Source: Camelus dromedarius
Taxonomy: Eukaryota
NCBI RefSeq assembly: GCF_036321535.1
Contig: NC_087436.1
Coordinates: forward strand, 21,268,001-21,332,000
Direction: 5' to 3'
Length of the DNA stretch: 64,000 bases
Position numbers and translations under genes: made by a program. The notes under the pieces were generated by a model, which saw nothing but the letters and a program-made list of their open reading frames with translations, was not told the DNA's origin and searched no databases. Positions 1 to 12,590 of this stretch are shown piece after piece (the first letter of the stretch is position 1; every line of letters begins with the position of its first letter).

Positions 1-109
1 TTATTTAAGGGGATTTAAAATGCCATGGACAGATCACTGACTTAGAGTAAATCCTCGTGGATTATCAAACTTAAAACTATGAAAAATATTTACCCTTTAA
101 GGAGCTTAA

Positions 110-430
110 AAAAATGGTACAATACAAATGAACTTGTTTATAAAACAGAAAGAGACTAACAGACACAGAAAACAAACTTACGGTTACCAAAGGGGAAATG
201 GGGGACATTTGGGATCAGTGGATATACCGTACTACATATAAAATGGATAAACAAGGAGGTCCTACTGTATAGCACAGGGAACTACATTTAATAGTTTACA
301 ATAACTTGTAATGAAAGAGTATGAGAAAGAATATATAGATGTATAACTGAGTCACTGTGCTGTACACCAGAAACTAACACAACATTGTAAATCAATGATA
401 CTTCAATAAAAATAAAAAATAAAATAAACA
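110..430 (+). mobile_element. LINE-1 3' end (5'-truncated) with A-rich tail
   Basis: L1 3'UTR motifs acagaaaacaaacttacggttacc, ctactgtatagcacagggaac and cttcaataaaa, then an A-rich tail; flanked by agcttaa direct repeats. Confidence 0.85.
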
Positions 431-929
431 GCTTAAGAAGAATATATTCAACACTGGAGAGGAAAAAAAAGCAGAGGGATCAGAAAGCAGCTGCTGGATC
501 CTACAGGGTGCATTCACAAGTATATTTTATATATTTCTTCTTTCTTCTACATAGAGATAAAGTAAAATGGTATAATCCAGTTCAATTTTTAGTTTTGACC
601 AAATGAAATGAAAGTGAACACTGGAAATACATTACTACATAAAACAGTATGAATTCTACTTTTCCACTGTAACTCCTAAAATAACTTTTCCAGGTGGTTG
701 TTTTTACAGATAACACTTTTCCTTTAGTATTTTTTCTAAACTAGATGGCTATACACTACATGAACTGAGTGATTCATCGTAAGTGGGAAAAAAGTCACCC
801 CATCAAGCAATCACTTTTGTCTATTTTATTAACACAATGGGATCGTCTCATTTTTAACCTTCCCTTTCTCCTGCCTGTGAATGACAAAACTGTTTTTACT
901 GTATAGCTTCAAGATCCTCTCAACTTCCT

Positions 930-949
930 GGGGGGGGGGGGGGAGGGGG
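930..949 (+). repeat. Poly-G tract G14-A-G5
   Basis: Read directly. Confidence 0.95.
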
Positions 950-1911
950 AAGAAAAGAAAAATGAAAAGAAAAATAATAAAAAGAACCAGGATTCAAAAG
1001 TCCTTTTTTTTTTTAAATCTTGTTTACAATATGGGAAGACTTCTGTATATTTCTAAAAGGCAAGAATCAGACAGAAACTTTCATTTTATTCACTAGCAAG
1101 CTCATGGAAGAAAAGACTTTAAATAGCCATGAACAGCAAACCATTTTGAACAACATGGCTACAGGGGACTTAAAGGGGAAGGGGACACTGCTTTACCACT
1201 TTGGGCTCAGATAACGTACCATCTTCAAAGTTTTAGTGATTTTACTCATGTTAATTCGACTAGAGACTCAACTCTGCGTATCTTGTCAGCATGCATGGTA
1301 TCTAACTATTCTCTAACATAAAGGTTCCAGCCAAAGTTAACCAACTGGTCTGAAAAAAGAAACTTCTGTTCCACCTTATAAAGACATGTGACTACCCCAT
1401 GAGTAGTTGGGCAGACTGTTTACTACCTTCTGCCTCACTTGGGTTTCCAACTTACTGCTCTTTCTAAGTAATGCTGGTATCATGTTTCTGAGAACCGAAC
1501 ATCAGCTTAGGGTTTGCTTATGTGTGTACAATTATTTCCTGTCTCTTAATTCAGAAGGCATGAAGAGTAACAGTTAGCACCCACCAGAGGTCTAATAGGC
1601 GGCAATATCAAGCTCTTAAACTGAACTTTACTTGGAAAGCAAGTAAGTACTGCTAAGGAAAGCCTTCACGAGTTTTCCGTGAAGAGGACTAGATGGTTCT
1701 GTGAGGAGACCCAACAATAATAAATTGGTTCACATGATCCTGACCTTCCTTAATGCACAGTTTTATTCTATCTGAAACCAAAAGGCCCTGGTGTTAAGTG
1801 TCCCTCACAGAAGTTGGGGGTGACCAGATAATGCCTCTAAATATTCAAAACACTATGTATTTTTTTAACCAGATGGCACAAAAGCTTAAGCCTAGGGAAG
1901 CAATCCTACTC

Positions 1912-2039
1912 CCTCTTTTTATTTTTTGGAGGAGAGGTAATTAGGTTTATTTATTTATTTGATGGAGATACTGGGGATTGAACCTGGGACCCTGTACATG
2001 CTAAGCACGGGCTCTACCACTGAGTTACACCACCCGCCC
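1912..2039 (-). mobile_element. tRNA-Ala-derived SINE (vic-1-like), long form
   Basis: Reverse complement of the tRNA head with A box (ctcagtggtagag) and B box (ggttcaatcc), plus the aataaacctaattacctc extension; TSD atcctactc at 1903-1911 and 2040-2048. Confidence 0.9.
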
Positions 2040-2892
2040 ATCCTACTCTTTCTTATTGGTAAGGTAGACTATTTCCAGGTGGACGAGAAAGGTCGTCTGC
2101 TTTTGTAACTACTGACATACCCTACTTGAGCATGTGGTGATGAAGCTGTGGTGTCGCTCACCTCCCGTCAGGAGATCAGATGAGATCCTTTTCTCCAAAG
2201 ATGGGCTACATTTGCTGACAAAACATTTTTTTGTTTCTACTGTGAAAGTTTTCCTTCAGGTTCACAGTGAAAGGTATACAGGTTAAGGTCCCTCTGTTTC
2301 TTTTCATTCTTGATTTACCTGGTCTGTCATAGATTTTTTTTCCCTCTAAAGAGATGCATTTCAAATAGATCTATGTCTAATTAATCTAGCAAACAAGAGT
2401 CCATAAAGAGTATGCACTATTATTAATGCGAAAATAACCATCTTCTCACTTCTGAACACACCCTTCTTTATGGAAGAACATCTTATAAAGATAAATCTAA
2501 CAAAGGAATACAAACTAGAAATAGCAGTAGTTGCAATTTTCAGGGTTGCAACCTAAAATTTCTTCAATTTACTTAATCAAATATTGAAGATGTTTAATCA
2601 TAGCCCAATCTCTTTAATGGGTTTCAAGTTGAAAATTTTATTTGTCATGACCATCTCCTTAACAGAGTGTGAAAACATTCCTGGAGACTTTTTAAAATAA
2701 ACCGTTAGTCAGTGCTGACAAATGCCTGAATTCTTATCCAGAGGTGTCATGGCCTCAGGATCGCTACAATCACTAGGTGCCTCACCTCAGGGGACCCAAT
2801 GAATCAAGATCTCAGGGGCAGTAGTTTGAAAATATGTGATAAAACAAAATAAGACAAATTAGAACAAACAAACTCTGGTTCAATTGGTCCTC

Positions 2893-3640
2893 AGAAAAAT
2901 ACAAATTAAAACCACTACACACTCACTGGAATGGCTAAAACTCATGATCAACAATACCAAACACTGGCGAGAACTTTATAAAGTAACTGGAAATTGTATA
3001 TGCCGTTGGTAGGAAAACAATTAGTACAGTAACTTTGGAAAACTAAAGCTACGAAATCTACTAAAACTAAATAAATGTACCCTATGAGGCAGCAATTCCA
3101 CTAATGGGTATATACCTAAAAAAGCTAAGTGCTCATGTCCCTCAAAAGATCCACGTAAGAATGTTCACAGCAGTTCTACGTGTATTAACTAAACACTGGA
3201 AACAAGCCAAATGTCTGTCAACATTCAAAGAGATCAATAGTTTGTGATATAGTCACACAATGGAACTCTATATAGATGTAGAACTCCCGCCCATGCTCCA
3301 CGGATGAATTTCACAGACTTACTGTCGGAAAAAAGAAGCTGGACTCGATGGTTTTATTTATATTACGGTCAAGTAGGGGCAAAACTAATCTATGGTAATA
3401 GAAGCAAAATAATGGTTACATTTGAAATTTGTTCTGTGTTTTTACTGGGAAAAAGCATGAGAAAACTTCTAGGGGACTGGAAATGTTCCATTTCTCGATC
3501 TGAGCGGGGTTTCATAGATTCCTATTTCTACATATAGATATGGAATGAATGTATAAAACTATATTGAACCGTACGTACACTTAAGATCTGTGCCTTTGAC
3601 AGTGGTTTAAGTTATACCTGAATAAAATACTAAATAAACA
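2893..3640 (+). mobile_element. Old LINE-1 (L1M-type) 3' fragment
   Basis: Diverged L1 motifs caaattaaaaccac, gcagcaattccact, aaacactggaaacaagccaaatgtc, ending aataaaa. Confidence 0.8.
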
Positions 3641-5389
3641 GAAATTTAAGTTCCCCAATTAAGAAGCTCTGCTTTATAGGAGTGGGAGCGTGTGTATATT
3701 CTCTCACATGGTAGTTTTTCCCTACTTTTCTAAAGGGAAGACTATCTAACAGAATTACGCTATTTTTTTTTCTTAAACCAGTATTAGCTGAGCATTTTGA
3801 GTATAGCAACTCAACTGATTAAGAGGCAACTTTCTAAACTTGCTCCTGAAATTAGACCAGGAGCCTTCATGCCAAGTTGGTTAGCTGAGTTCAGCCTTAG
3901 GGCTATGTTTCCCAGGTCTTGTTTAGCAGATTTCACAGCTTCTACTTCGGTGGAGAAACAAAAATAAATCTGCACATTTCCAAGAAAAACAAAAGAAATT
4001 AGTTTCTACTCGCAAATCTACTAAATAAAAACATTCATAGGAACCACACACAGTTCAATGAGCTAGAATTGAAAAACAGATTCAGCCTGCCAGCATTCTG
4101 AGTGTGCAATAATAGCAGTGGTCACCTGGGGCAGCGGAAATAACATGGTAACGATATTTTGAGAGGTTCCTGGAATCAAAACACAGGTCAGATTTTTCCC
4201 CTTTCCTTTTGTTTTCAGGAGAAGATTAGTTACTCTCCTAGGGATTGGGCATACTTATTTTCTCAGACTGTAAAATCCAAGCAGAGTCTATTTCTTCCCA
4301 CGTCTACCCTGAAACTAGTTAGAATGAAAAATCATTTCGTGTTATTAATTTGAAGCCAAGAGTGGGAGCATATTCAGCTGTCTGAAAAAGGAAGGACACA
4401 CAGGGCTCAGGGGACAGATCTAGGTAAAAACAAAAGCACCTATTTTTCAGTGAGTGGAGGTGAGATCTACCTGGAAGCAAGAGATTATAAAGCAGGTAGT
4501 AAAGTTAATGGAGGAACAAAGACATTCTGATATTTACGTTGTCATAGTAAACTGTATGAATGTGATCACAAAGAATAATAGCAATTCTCTGTGGTTCAGC
4601 ATTTGATACACATCTTTAAATACGTGGAATTTTAAAGAGGGCGTCTAGCAAAGTCAGCTAGTACAAATGAACAGGGAAATAATGGTGGCTGCCTTTAAAG
4701 CCTTTTTGGAAAATTGCTACTACATTTAAAAACCCAAAATTATAGAGCAAAATGAGTGTTTGTGTGGCTCCTTGGTATTACACAATGAAGGACTGCTCAT
4801 CTTTCACTGATTTAGTCCAAGAAACTCAAGTCCTCAACATAGTACAGTAAGAGAGATTTCTAACTATGGCTCTTTGGGAGACGACCAGGATGAACTCGTA
4901 AAAAAATCTAAATCATAGAAAGAAAAAAATACAAACATTTGCATTTAGATATAGTTCAGGAACTAAAATGAAAAAGTATTGGCAAACTGAGGTCCTTAGG
5001 GGCTTGCTTTAACGAACAGATAAAAATTATCTGTGATTAGCATAGCTATTCTTGGTAACCAACTCTGCTTATATATACCAAGTCTGATTAATCATACTGT
5101 TAATTTTCTTGCAACTTCCCCTTTTATGGATATTGTGAAGATTAAAAGTTCACAAATTGAGAGCTTCACTCAAAGCAAATATACTTCTAATCTGTTTTAC
5201 AAGGATTTGGGAGTTTTGCTGCTGAAAATGTGGCTATGAAGTTTTGAAACATTCCCCCTCCCTATACCTTTTATGAAGTAAAAACAGGCATTGTAACCAA
5301 TTCTGACTACTAATACCAATGAAAATGTTCCACGAAGGGCAAAAATAAAGTCCTCAGTACAGTCAGTTATTGTCACAGAGCCATTTAAA

Positions 5390-5870
5390 ACTACTTAGGC
5401 TTTCCCTGACCCCTCCCCTAAGATGATCTCAGCTGTTATCTGTGCTTTTTTTCTCTTTAGCAGAGCACCTGTCAACTGGCATTATAATTCCTAGATTATA
5501 TGCCTGACTCTCCTACTAGACTGACTGTAAGCTCTATGAGGGCAAGAACTGTATTTACACACTCAGTAACATACTTTAATATATATATAATTATACCTTA
5601 ATATTATGCATTAATACTTTAATATATGTTAAAGTATGATTTATACAAAGTATGATCCATATAAATGAATAAAAACATATACATATACCCATATAAACAT
5701 ATGTACACACACACATACACATGCATATATGCACAACCTGTGCTTATCCACTGGAATGAATTATTTGGGGTATGACTCTTCCCCCACTGGATGCTCAGTT
5801 CCCTGTCTATAACATTTGCCATCTGTCTCCCTAACTAGTCACTTAATATGTGTTGGTTGAATGAATGCCC
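5390..5870 (+). mobile_element. L2 3' fragment interrupted by AT/CA-rich low-complexity sequence
   Basis: ctagactgactgtaagctctatgagggcaagaac and terminal tgttggttgaatgaatg. Confidence 0.6.
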
Positions 5871-7159
5871 ACAGCCTTGTAGAGAGCTGGCAAACCCAAA
5901 TAATTTGGTAGATTGATGAATTAATTTTCTAAAGCAGACAAAATTCATCTTCTTTCCAGAGATGACTGGGTGTTAAGGAAGCTCTCAGGTGATAAGAATC
6001 ATTCTGTGGTGGACAAATGGATCAGACTCCATGCCTTAAACCTTGCAAAGTTAACCTGGGACACTGGAGCATTAGAGATTCTCATTTTGGGGGTTTGCAA
6101 CTCGAACCTCCCCTGAATGAGCTGCCCAAAATTACACTCACATTCCTAGATGGAAGAATGTACTAAGAGGGCACCTCATATCCTTCATTAAATAGGAGAA
6201 TTATAGAGAAAACAAAGAGAGACAGAGGACATCTACCAAGGTCTTTCAGATCAGGTGAATCTATACGGCAGTCAATGGAGACAGAAGTCGGCCTTTATGT
6301 CCCCCAGACAAATCCTAAATTGAGAAGGTAGCAGGCAAAAGAACATCAACACAAAGATTATACAACTACTTAAATCATTTTAGCTGAAAATCCACCCTAC
6401 AAGGAAACGAACGTGATGCCTAAATCCAATAATTATCATTACTGAGTGGCTGTTAAATCACCATTAAAAAGAGAGCCATCTCATTTGTGACTTAAAAAAA
6501 TCCTCTGCTGTACTCAAATATAGACTATGTATGCAAACAAGAAAGGAAAGGCGTTTAACTGGAGTTAGAAATAATACCCCCAGGTCCACTTAGAATGTGA
6601 GCATATTTAGTAACTTGACAAAAACAACTGAAGCCTTGATTCCACATGTGCAACACTTTCTTGAGGCTTTTAATCAGTAGAACCCTGTTGAAGAGTTCCA
6701 GGTCATTAGCCTCCTGTGGAAATCAGCCGCCCCCTTCCCTTTCTCAGTGCTGCTTTCCCTTGGGCATTCTGGATGCCCTCCTCAAGGGGATCCCCCCTCC
6801 CCACTGGGCCAATCTCAGCCCTGGAAGCCTTTTCCTCCTGGGGACTAACCGGCCAGAGAGGAAACAGCATGCTGACCCGAGCTAATTAGAGATAATTAGA
6901 GATAAAATTACTGTTTCACTTCAATCCAAATCTTGCTGTTGACTGTTAATACAATTTTTCCACTCCTCACTGCATCTCCAGCCCTCCTAAATATAGATAT
7001 TCGGGAATGCACCCTTGTCAATGTGAGTATAACCATGAGGACAACGGGGTCAAAGACCTCAGGCCGCCTTTATTACTGATTCTTGGCTCTGCAAACCTAA
7101 ATGTGGATTGGAGTCCCCTATAAGGGTTCTTAGTGTTTGTTTTAAAAAGGAAGATAAGT

Positions 7160-7256
7160 GGGGAGGGTACAGTTCAGTTCGTAGAGTGTATGCTTAGTAT
7201 GCACAAGGCCCTGGGTTCAATCCCCAGTACCTCCATTTAAAAAAGGAAAAAAAAAA
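7160..7256 (+). mobile_element. tRNA-Ala-derived SINE, short form
   Basis: ggggagggtacagttcag...gcttagtatgcacaaggccctgggttcaatccccagtacctcc plus A tail; flanking aaaaaggaaga direct repeat. Confidence 0.9.
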
Positions 7257-7780
7257 AGGAAGACAGACAGGGAATTCGTGGCTAGTACAGCTATATAAAA
7301 GCCCCCAAAGAGGAATTCCACTTGTAAAATTCTTCTTGAGGCCCCTAATCACTCAGCTCTTCCCAGGAAGGCACCCAAATCTCAGATCCTCAAGCAACTC
7401 TCCCCTTGCCTGTATCATTCACAGCCCTCTTGCTCCAGTCAAGGAGGGGTCTGCTCCACCGCTAAGTCCCTCCCTAGGCCCTAAGCCTGTAGGTTCTGCA
7501 TCGCTCCTTTCATTTATGTAGATAGAATACTACTTCCTTCAAAAGCCTATAGTTTACAACTGATCTTCCTCCGAGAAGCTTTCCTTCACCACCTCTTATT
7601 CAAAACTTGAGTCCCCTCTTCCTCCCTGCTCTTTTTAGAACATCTGTGTTAAGTAAACTCATATGTTGATTACTTTTTCATCATGTTTGTGACTGATTCT
7701 CATTTGCTTTTCATAGGTATCGATAGTCACCTTGGCCATTTCATAACTTCACAATCCAACATAGTTTAAAAAAATAACTC

Positions 7781-8260
7781 CTGGGTCCCTCAACAGATGA
7801 ATGGATGAAGATGATGTGGTATATATACACAATGGAATACTACTCAGCCATAAAAAGAAGTAATTTTGCCTTTTGCAACAACATGGATGGACTTAGAGGC
7901 CATTATGCTAAGTGAAATAAGTCAGACAGAGAAAGACAAATACTGTATGATTTCACTTATATGTGGAATCTAAAAAAATACAACAAACTAGTGAATACAG
8001 CAAAAGAGAAACAGATTCACAGATACAGAAAACAAACTAGTGGTTACCAGTGGGGAGAGGGAATATAGGGGCAATATAGAGGTGGTGATTTAGGAGGTAC
8101 AAACTATCAAGTATAAAATAAACTACACGGGTATATTGTACAACACAGAGAATATAGTCAGTATAACTATGAATGGAGCATAACCTTTAAAAATTGTCAA
8201 CCACTATATTGTACACCTGTAACTTACATAATATTATACATCAATTATACTTCAATTAAA
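7781..8260 (+). mobile_element. LINE-1 3' end
   Basis: caacagatgaatggat...aatggaatactactcagccataaaaa...atgtggaatctaaaa; TSD aaaataact at 7771-7779 and 8258-8266. Confidence 0.9.
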
Positions 8261-8646
8261 ATAACTACGAAAGAATTACGTTGAGCCACATGAAAATGTT
8301 ATTTTAATAGGATAAAAGAGTCAAGTATAAGCAGTGTTGTAAGGTCCAAATTAATATTTATATAGGAACTCAAAAAAAATGCTATTAAGTAAGTATGTTT
8401 TCTTGTCACCTTCTACTTTGGAACATTATTTAGACACTGCCCCACAACAGTTAAATCTCTCTTACTAAAATCTAAAAAAAGTTTCTCCTCAAAATGATGA
8501 AAGGATTTTGCTTTTTCCCAATGTTGTTACTGTTATAAAAAAAAAATAAAATATTATATCATGTAACTGAAATAATGAAGAATTTGATAAGTTTTTAAAA
8601 TGTAGTAACAAAGAACTCAGGAAGAATCACAAAATCTTGAACTTAC

Positions 8647-8941
8647 CTTCTTCTGTGGGGTTAAAGCCACAGATGTCACAAATACAACGAACCCACTTAT
8701 TCATCTCCTCCTCACTGTCTGCTACCAAGTAGAAAATCCGGTCAATGGTGTTGATATCAAAAATGTAGCTGTTTTCAAACTCTTTTTTGTTAAATGTCAA
8801 TCCTGCATCAACTTGCTGACATAAATTTAAATCAATAATACGGATAGGCTTCTTGGCATGATCATTTTTGTAATATTCCAAGACATCTGGATCTCCAGTC
8901 AAACGGCCACTGCGTAACACAAACCATCTCCTCTTCCATGC
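8647..8941 (-). CDS. GAB1: GAB1 (GRB2-associated binding protein 1) coding exon 2, PH domain, residues A25-E122 plus 1 nt
   Basis: Minus-strand frame reads [98 protein letters not shown], which I recognise as the GAB1 PH domain. It is bounded by acceptor ttttgtccctag|GCA (AG at 8942-8943) and donor GAAG|gtaagt (8641-8646). Length 295 nt, phase 0 start, phase 1 end. Track ORF 8627..8920 is this exon read from a GTG and through the donor. Confidence 0.97.
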
Positions 8942-8976
8942 CTAGGGACAAAACAAAAATACCCATCTGGTGTTAA
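8942..8976 (-). promoter_or_regulatory. 3' splice site: branch-point-like TTAAC, polypyrimidine tract and TAG
   Basis: Minus strand reads gaTTAACaccagatgggtatttttgttttgtccctag; putative branch A at 8973, 32 nt upstream of the exon. Confidence 0.7.
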
Positions 8977-9269
8977 TCTGAGAGAAATTTTTCAAGAAGA
9001 TGCACACTTGTCAAACCAATTTTACAAATGCATTGACTAGAAGAAGTCGTATACAATGTTTTTGTTTTGACATAATAATCTACCACTCCAGCAAAGTTTA
9101 CTGATGCCTCCTCAATTAACTTAATAATGTGCACATATACGTATATACATATTTATTATTTTCCATTAGATCTACTGAGAAAATATTAGAAGACACTGAT
9201 TGATGTTATGTATATTACACTGATATGTAATAAAGTCAACAAACGAAAGAAGACTTGGTTTTCACTAAG

Positions 9270-10545
9270 TGGAAAAAAGCACTGGTTTCAACAAATAATG
9301 CTGGGAAAAATGGATAACCATGTATAAAAGAATGAAGTTACGACTCTTCCCTTTTACAAAAATTAACTCAAAATGGATCAAAGACCTAAGTGTAAGAGCT
9401 AAAACTATAAAACTCTTAGAAAAATACATATGGATAAGTTTCATGATATTAGATTTGGCAATGATTTCTTGAACAGGACACTAAGACCACAGAAAACAAA
9501 AGAAAAAACAGGTTAACTGCACTGCATCAAAACTTAAAACTTTTATACACTTGAAGGATGCAGAGTGAAAAAGGCAAATCACAGAATGGGAGAAAATATT
9601 TGCAAATCATGTATCTGGTAAGAAATAAATGTCCAGAATAGACAAAGAACTCCTATAATTCAATGACAACAAATATAAACAATCCAATTAAAAATGGGCA
9701 AAAGGAGTTGAATAGACTCTCCAAAGAAGATATGCAAATGGCCAGTAAGCACATGGTAAGATGTTCAACATCACTATCAGAAGAGACGGGCAAGTCAAAA
9801 CTACAATGAGATACTACTTCATATACACTAGAATGGCTATTATCAAAAAAAGCAAGTGTCAGCCAGGATGTGAAGAAATCAGAACCTTTGTGCTTTGCTG
9901 GTGGAAATGGAAAATGGTGCAACTACTGTAAAAAATGGTATGGCAGCCCTTTAATAAACTCCAGTGTGGGTACATATTCAAAAGTATTGAAAGCATAGTC
10001 TCAAAGAGATATCTGTACACCCATGTTCATAGCAGCATTATTCACAACAGTCAAAAGGTGGAAACAACCCAAGTGTCCATTGATGAATAAAGAAATAAAT
10101 GAAATGTGGTGTGTGTGTGTGTATGTATGTGTGTGTGTGTGTGCATATATATATATATACATATAATGAAATATTATTCTGCCTTAAAAAGGAAGAAAAT
10201 TCTGACACATACTACAACCTGGATAACCATGAGACATTATGCTAAGTTAAACAAGCCAGTCATAAAAGGACAAAAATTGTGTGATTCCATTTATACGAAG
10301 TACCTCTAGAATAATCAAATTCACACAGAGAGAAAGCAAAATGGTGGTTGCCTAGAGTAAGGCGGCAGGGTGGTTGGGGAGTTAGTGTTTAATGGGTAGA
10401 GTTTCAGTTTGAGAAGATGAAAAAGTTCTGGAGATAAATGGTAGTGATGGCTGCACAACAATGTGAAAGTACTTAATGCTATTGAACTGTCCACTGAAAA
10501 ATGGCTAAAATGGTAAATTTTATGTTATGTATATCTTACCACAAT
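9270..10545 (+). mobile_element. LINE-1 (L1MB-like) ORF2 end plus 3'UTR, with internal (TG)n/(TA)n
   Basis: aaaaattaactcaaaatggatcaaagacct, atgggagaaaatatttgcaaatcat, atgttcatagcagcattattcac; track ORF 9653..9922 is its antisense frame. Confidence 0.9.
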
Positions 10546-11479
10546 TTTTTTTTAAAGCAATGTTTTCTCATGCCTTAAATCATGCCGAATTTTAATCTAT
10601 AGGTTGTTTTCTCTTTTTGAGGGGGTTGGGGAGGAAGGAATAAGGAGGAGAAAAAAGAGTTGAGAAGCTTTCCTAGTTTCTCACCTGGAAAGTAAGCAAA
10701 GAAATGGACTGTGGCAAAAATCTGTATTCTTGAGAACAAGATGCAACTTAAAAAAAAAACTTTCTCCTTCTCTTCCCAACAAACTTCTATTGGCCATCTG
10801 GACCAACACTCAACATGTACTTCCTTCATTAAGTTTTGGTAAATTTTGAATATGATTTTACACCTAAAGAAGCCTAAAATTCTTTTACTATTACTCTCTT
10901 TGAAATCTACATTGATCAAATAATAAAAGCAGAACCAACTGCCTGAAACAGTTGGCTTTAACCCCAACATCTCTGCCCAGAGACAGAATTAAGCCTTACT
11001 CCTCTTTGAAGGTCTTACTTAGGGGCCAGTCAGCTAGATCAAAAAGACGCCTGTTTTAGCAAGACTCAGTCACCTACTAAGAGACTTTCTCTACTCCAGA
11101 CCGAACATACAAAGTAATATTGCCCAAAGAGTACACTCAGGACTGAGGAATGTGATAATTTATGAACCCCAAAGGAAACAAGTTTTCTTAATGGCCATTG
11201 TACACTTCTGTTCATTTGGAGAGAAGGATGGAGCACCAATCACATCTCAGTCCTGTAGTTCTGGGAAAGTATAATGAGACCACGTCTCTTCCAGTGATAA
11301 TTTAGGGTAATGATAGCTTTATGCTTATGGCATTTTCAGAAATTTTATTCAAAGTAGTATATGAGCTTGGTGCTCTACATACAGCCTAATCAGACCAAGA
11401 ATGCTCACGATATTGGTACCGTAATATATGCCAATTTCTCCCCAAACATCATTTCTTCATTAACATATCAGTCTGTTTT

Positions 11480-11768
11480 TAAGGATATTTTTTAAAATTT
11501 TAGTATAGTTGATTTACAATGTTATGTTAGTTTCAGATATACAGCAAAGTGATTCAGTTATACATACATATATTCTTTTTCAGATTCTTTTCCATTATAG
11601 GTTATCAAGATACTGAATATATGTAGTTCCCTGTGCTATATAGTAGGTTCTTGTTGTTTATCTATTTTACATATTATAGTAGCATATATATGTTAATATG
11701 TTAATCCCAAACTCCTAATTTATCCTCCCCTCCTTCCCCCTTTGGTAACCATAAGTTTGTTTTCTATG
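11480..11768 (-). mobile_element. LINE-1 3' end, sense to GAB1
   Basis: Reverse complement of an L1 3'UTR (tttggtaaccataagtttgttttctat, agttccctgtgctata); TSD tatcagtct at 11466-11474 and 11769-11777. Confidence 0.9.
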
Positions 11769-12502
11769 TATCAGTCTATTTGAAAAAATCTACTAAATTT
11801 ATAATCACCAAAAGCAGTAAGTATGACATGATAGGGTCTATTTCTTTTTTTTTTTTCAGAACTTGGCATCTGTAACACAAAAGGCATTATGGTACCAACT
11901 AAAAACTGCTTCATTTTATCCTGAAATATATACATGAGCAGAAAGGAGGACTAACTAAAATCCACATATACTTCTCCAATAGATGTTGAGTCTTAGCCTC
12001 CATCTTCATCGAGTTTTTTTAATAAATTCAGATGAGTCAACTTTGACTTGCAGTTCTAGGAGTGCTAGGAAGCAGTGACAATGGTCTGAGGCAGAGAGAG
12101 AGAGGAAAACAAAAACTAAGGGGGCAGAGTGGTCCCTAAACCAGCTCATTTGGTCTTTAATACCTTGGACAACTGTACCGATAACTTTAGATTTAACATT
12201 TTAATAGCTTCTTTAAATTGTATCCACTCAAGAAAATTTAGATATATTAAGAACTAAATCAATGAGATAACCAATCACTAAGTTACGGATTGGTACTTGT
12301 GGGAAGAAATACAAATAGCTAATTCAGGATTCCTACTCTCAAGGAGTTTACTAATTATGAAGAAAACACTTACCCCATACATGAAAATATTTGAGAATAT
12401 AGCAACCCTGGGAAAATATATGCAGAACTATTGCTAAATGGACACATATTCCTTCATGGAAAAACTTATGCAATCCTTAAATAAGAAGATAAGTAGAAAA
12501 AT

Positions 12503-12590
12503 GGGGGAGGGTACAGCTTAGTGGTAGAGCCTGTGCTTAGCATGCACAAAGTCCTGGGTTCAATCCCCAGTACTTCCATTTAAAAAAAAA
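12503..12590 (+). mobile_element. tRNA-Ala-derived SINE, short form
   Basis: gggggagggtacagcttagtggtagagc...gcttagcatgcac...gggttcaatccccag plus A tail; TSD-like aagtagaaaaat / aagtggaaaaat. Confidence 0.9.

Larger units (their letters stand above)
1..8646 (-). other. GAB1: GAB1 intron 2 (partial)
   Basis: Begins gtaagt on the minus strand at 8646. No GAB1 exon-3 coding sequence recognised in 1-8646. Confidence 0.85.

Noticed and set aside
6883..6905. taattagaga tandem duplicate creating two agataa sites
   Set aside because: A 10-bp slippage duplication, too short to support a functional claim.
8627..8920. Track ORF as a stand-alone 97-aa gene
   Set aside because: It starts at a GTG inside the exon and runs through the donor; the true unit is the spliced exon 8647-8941.
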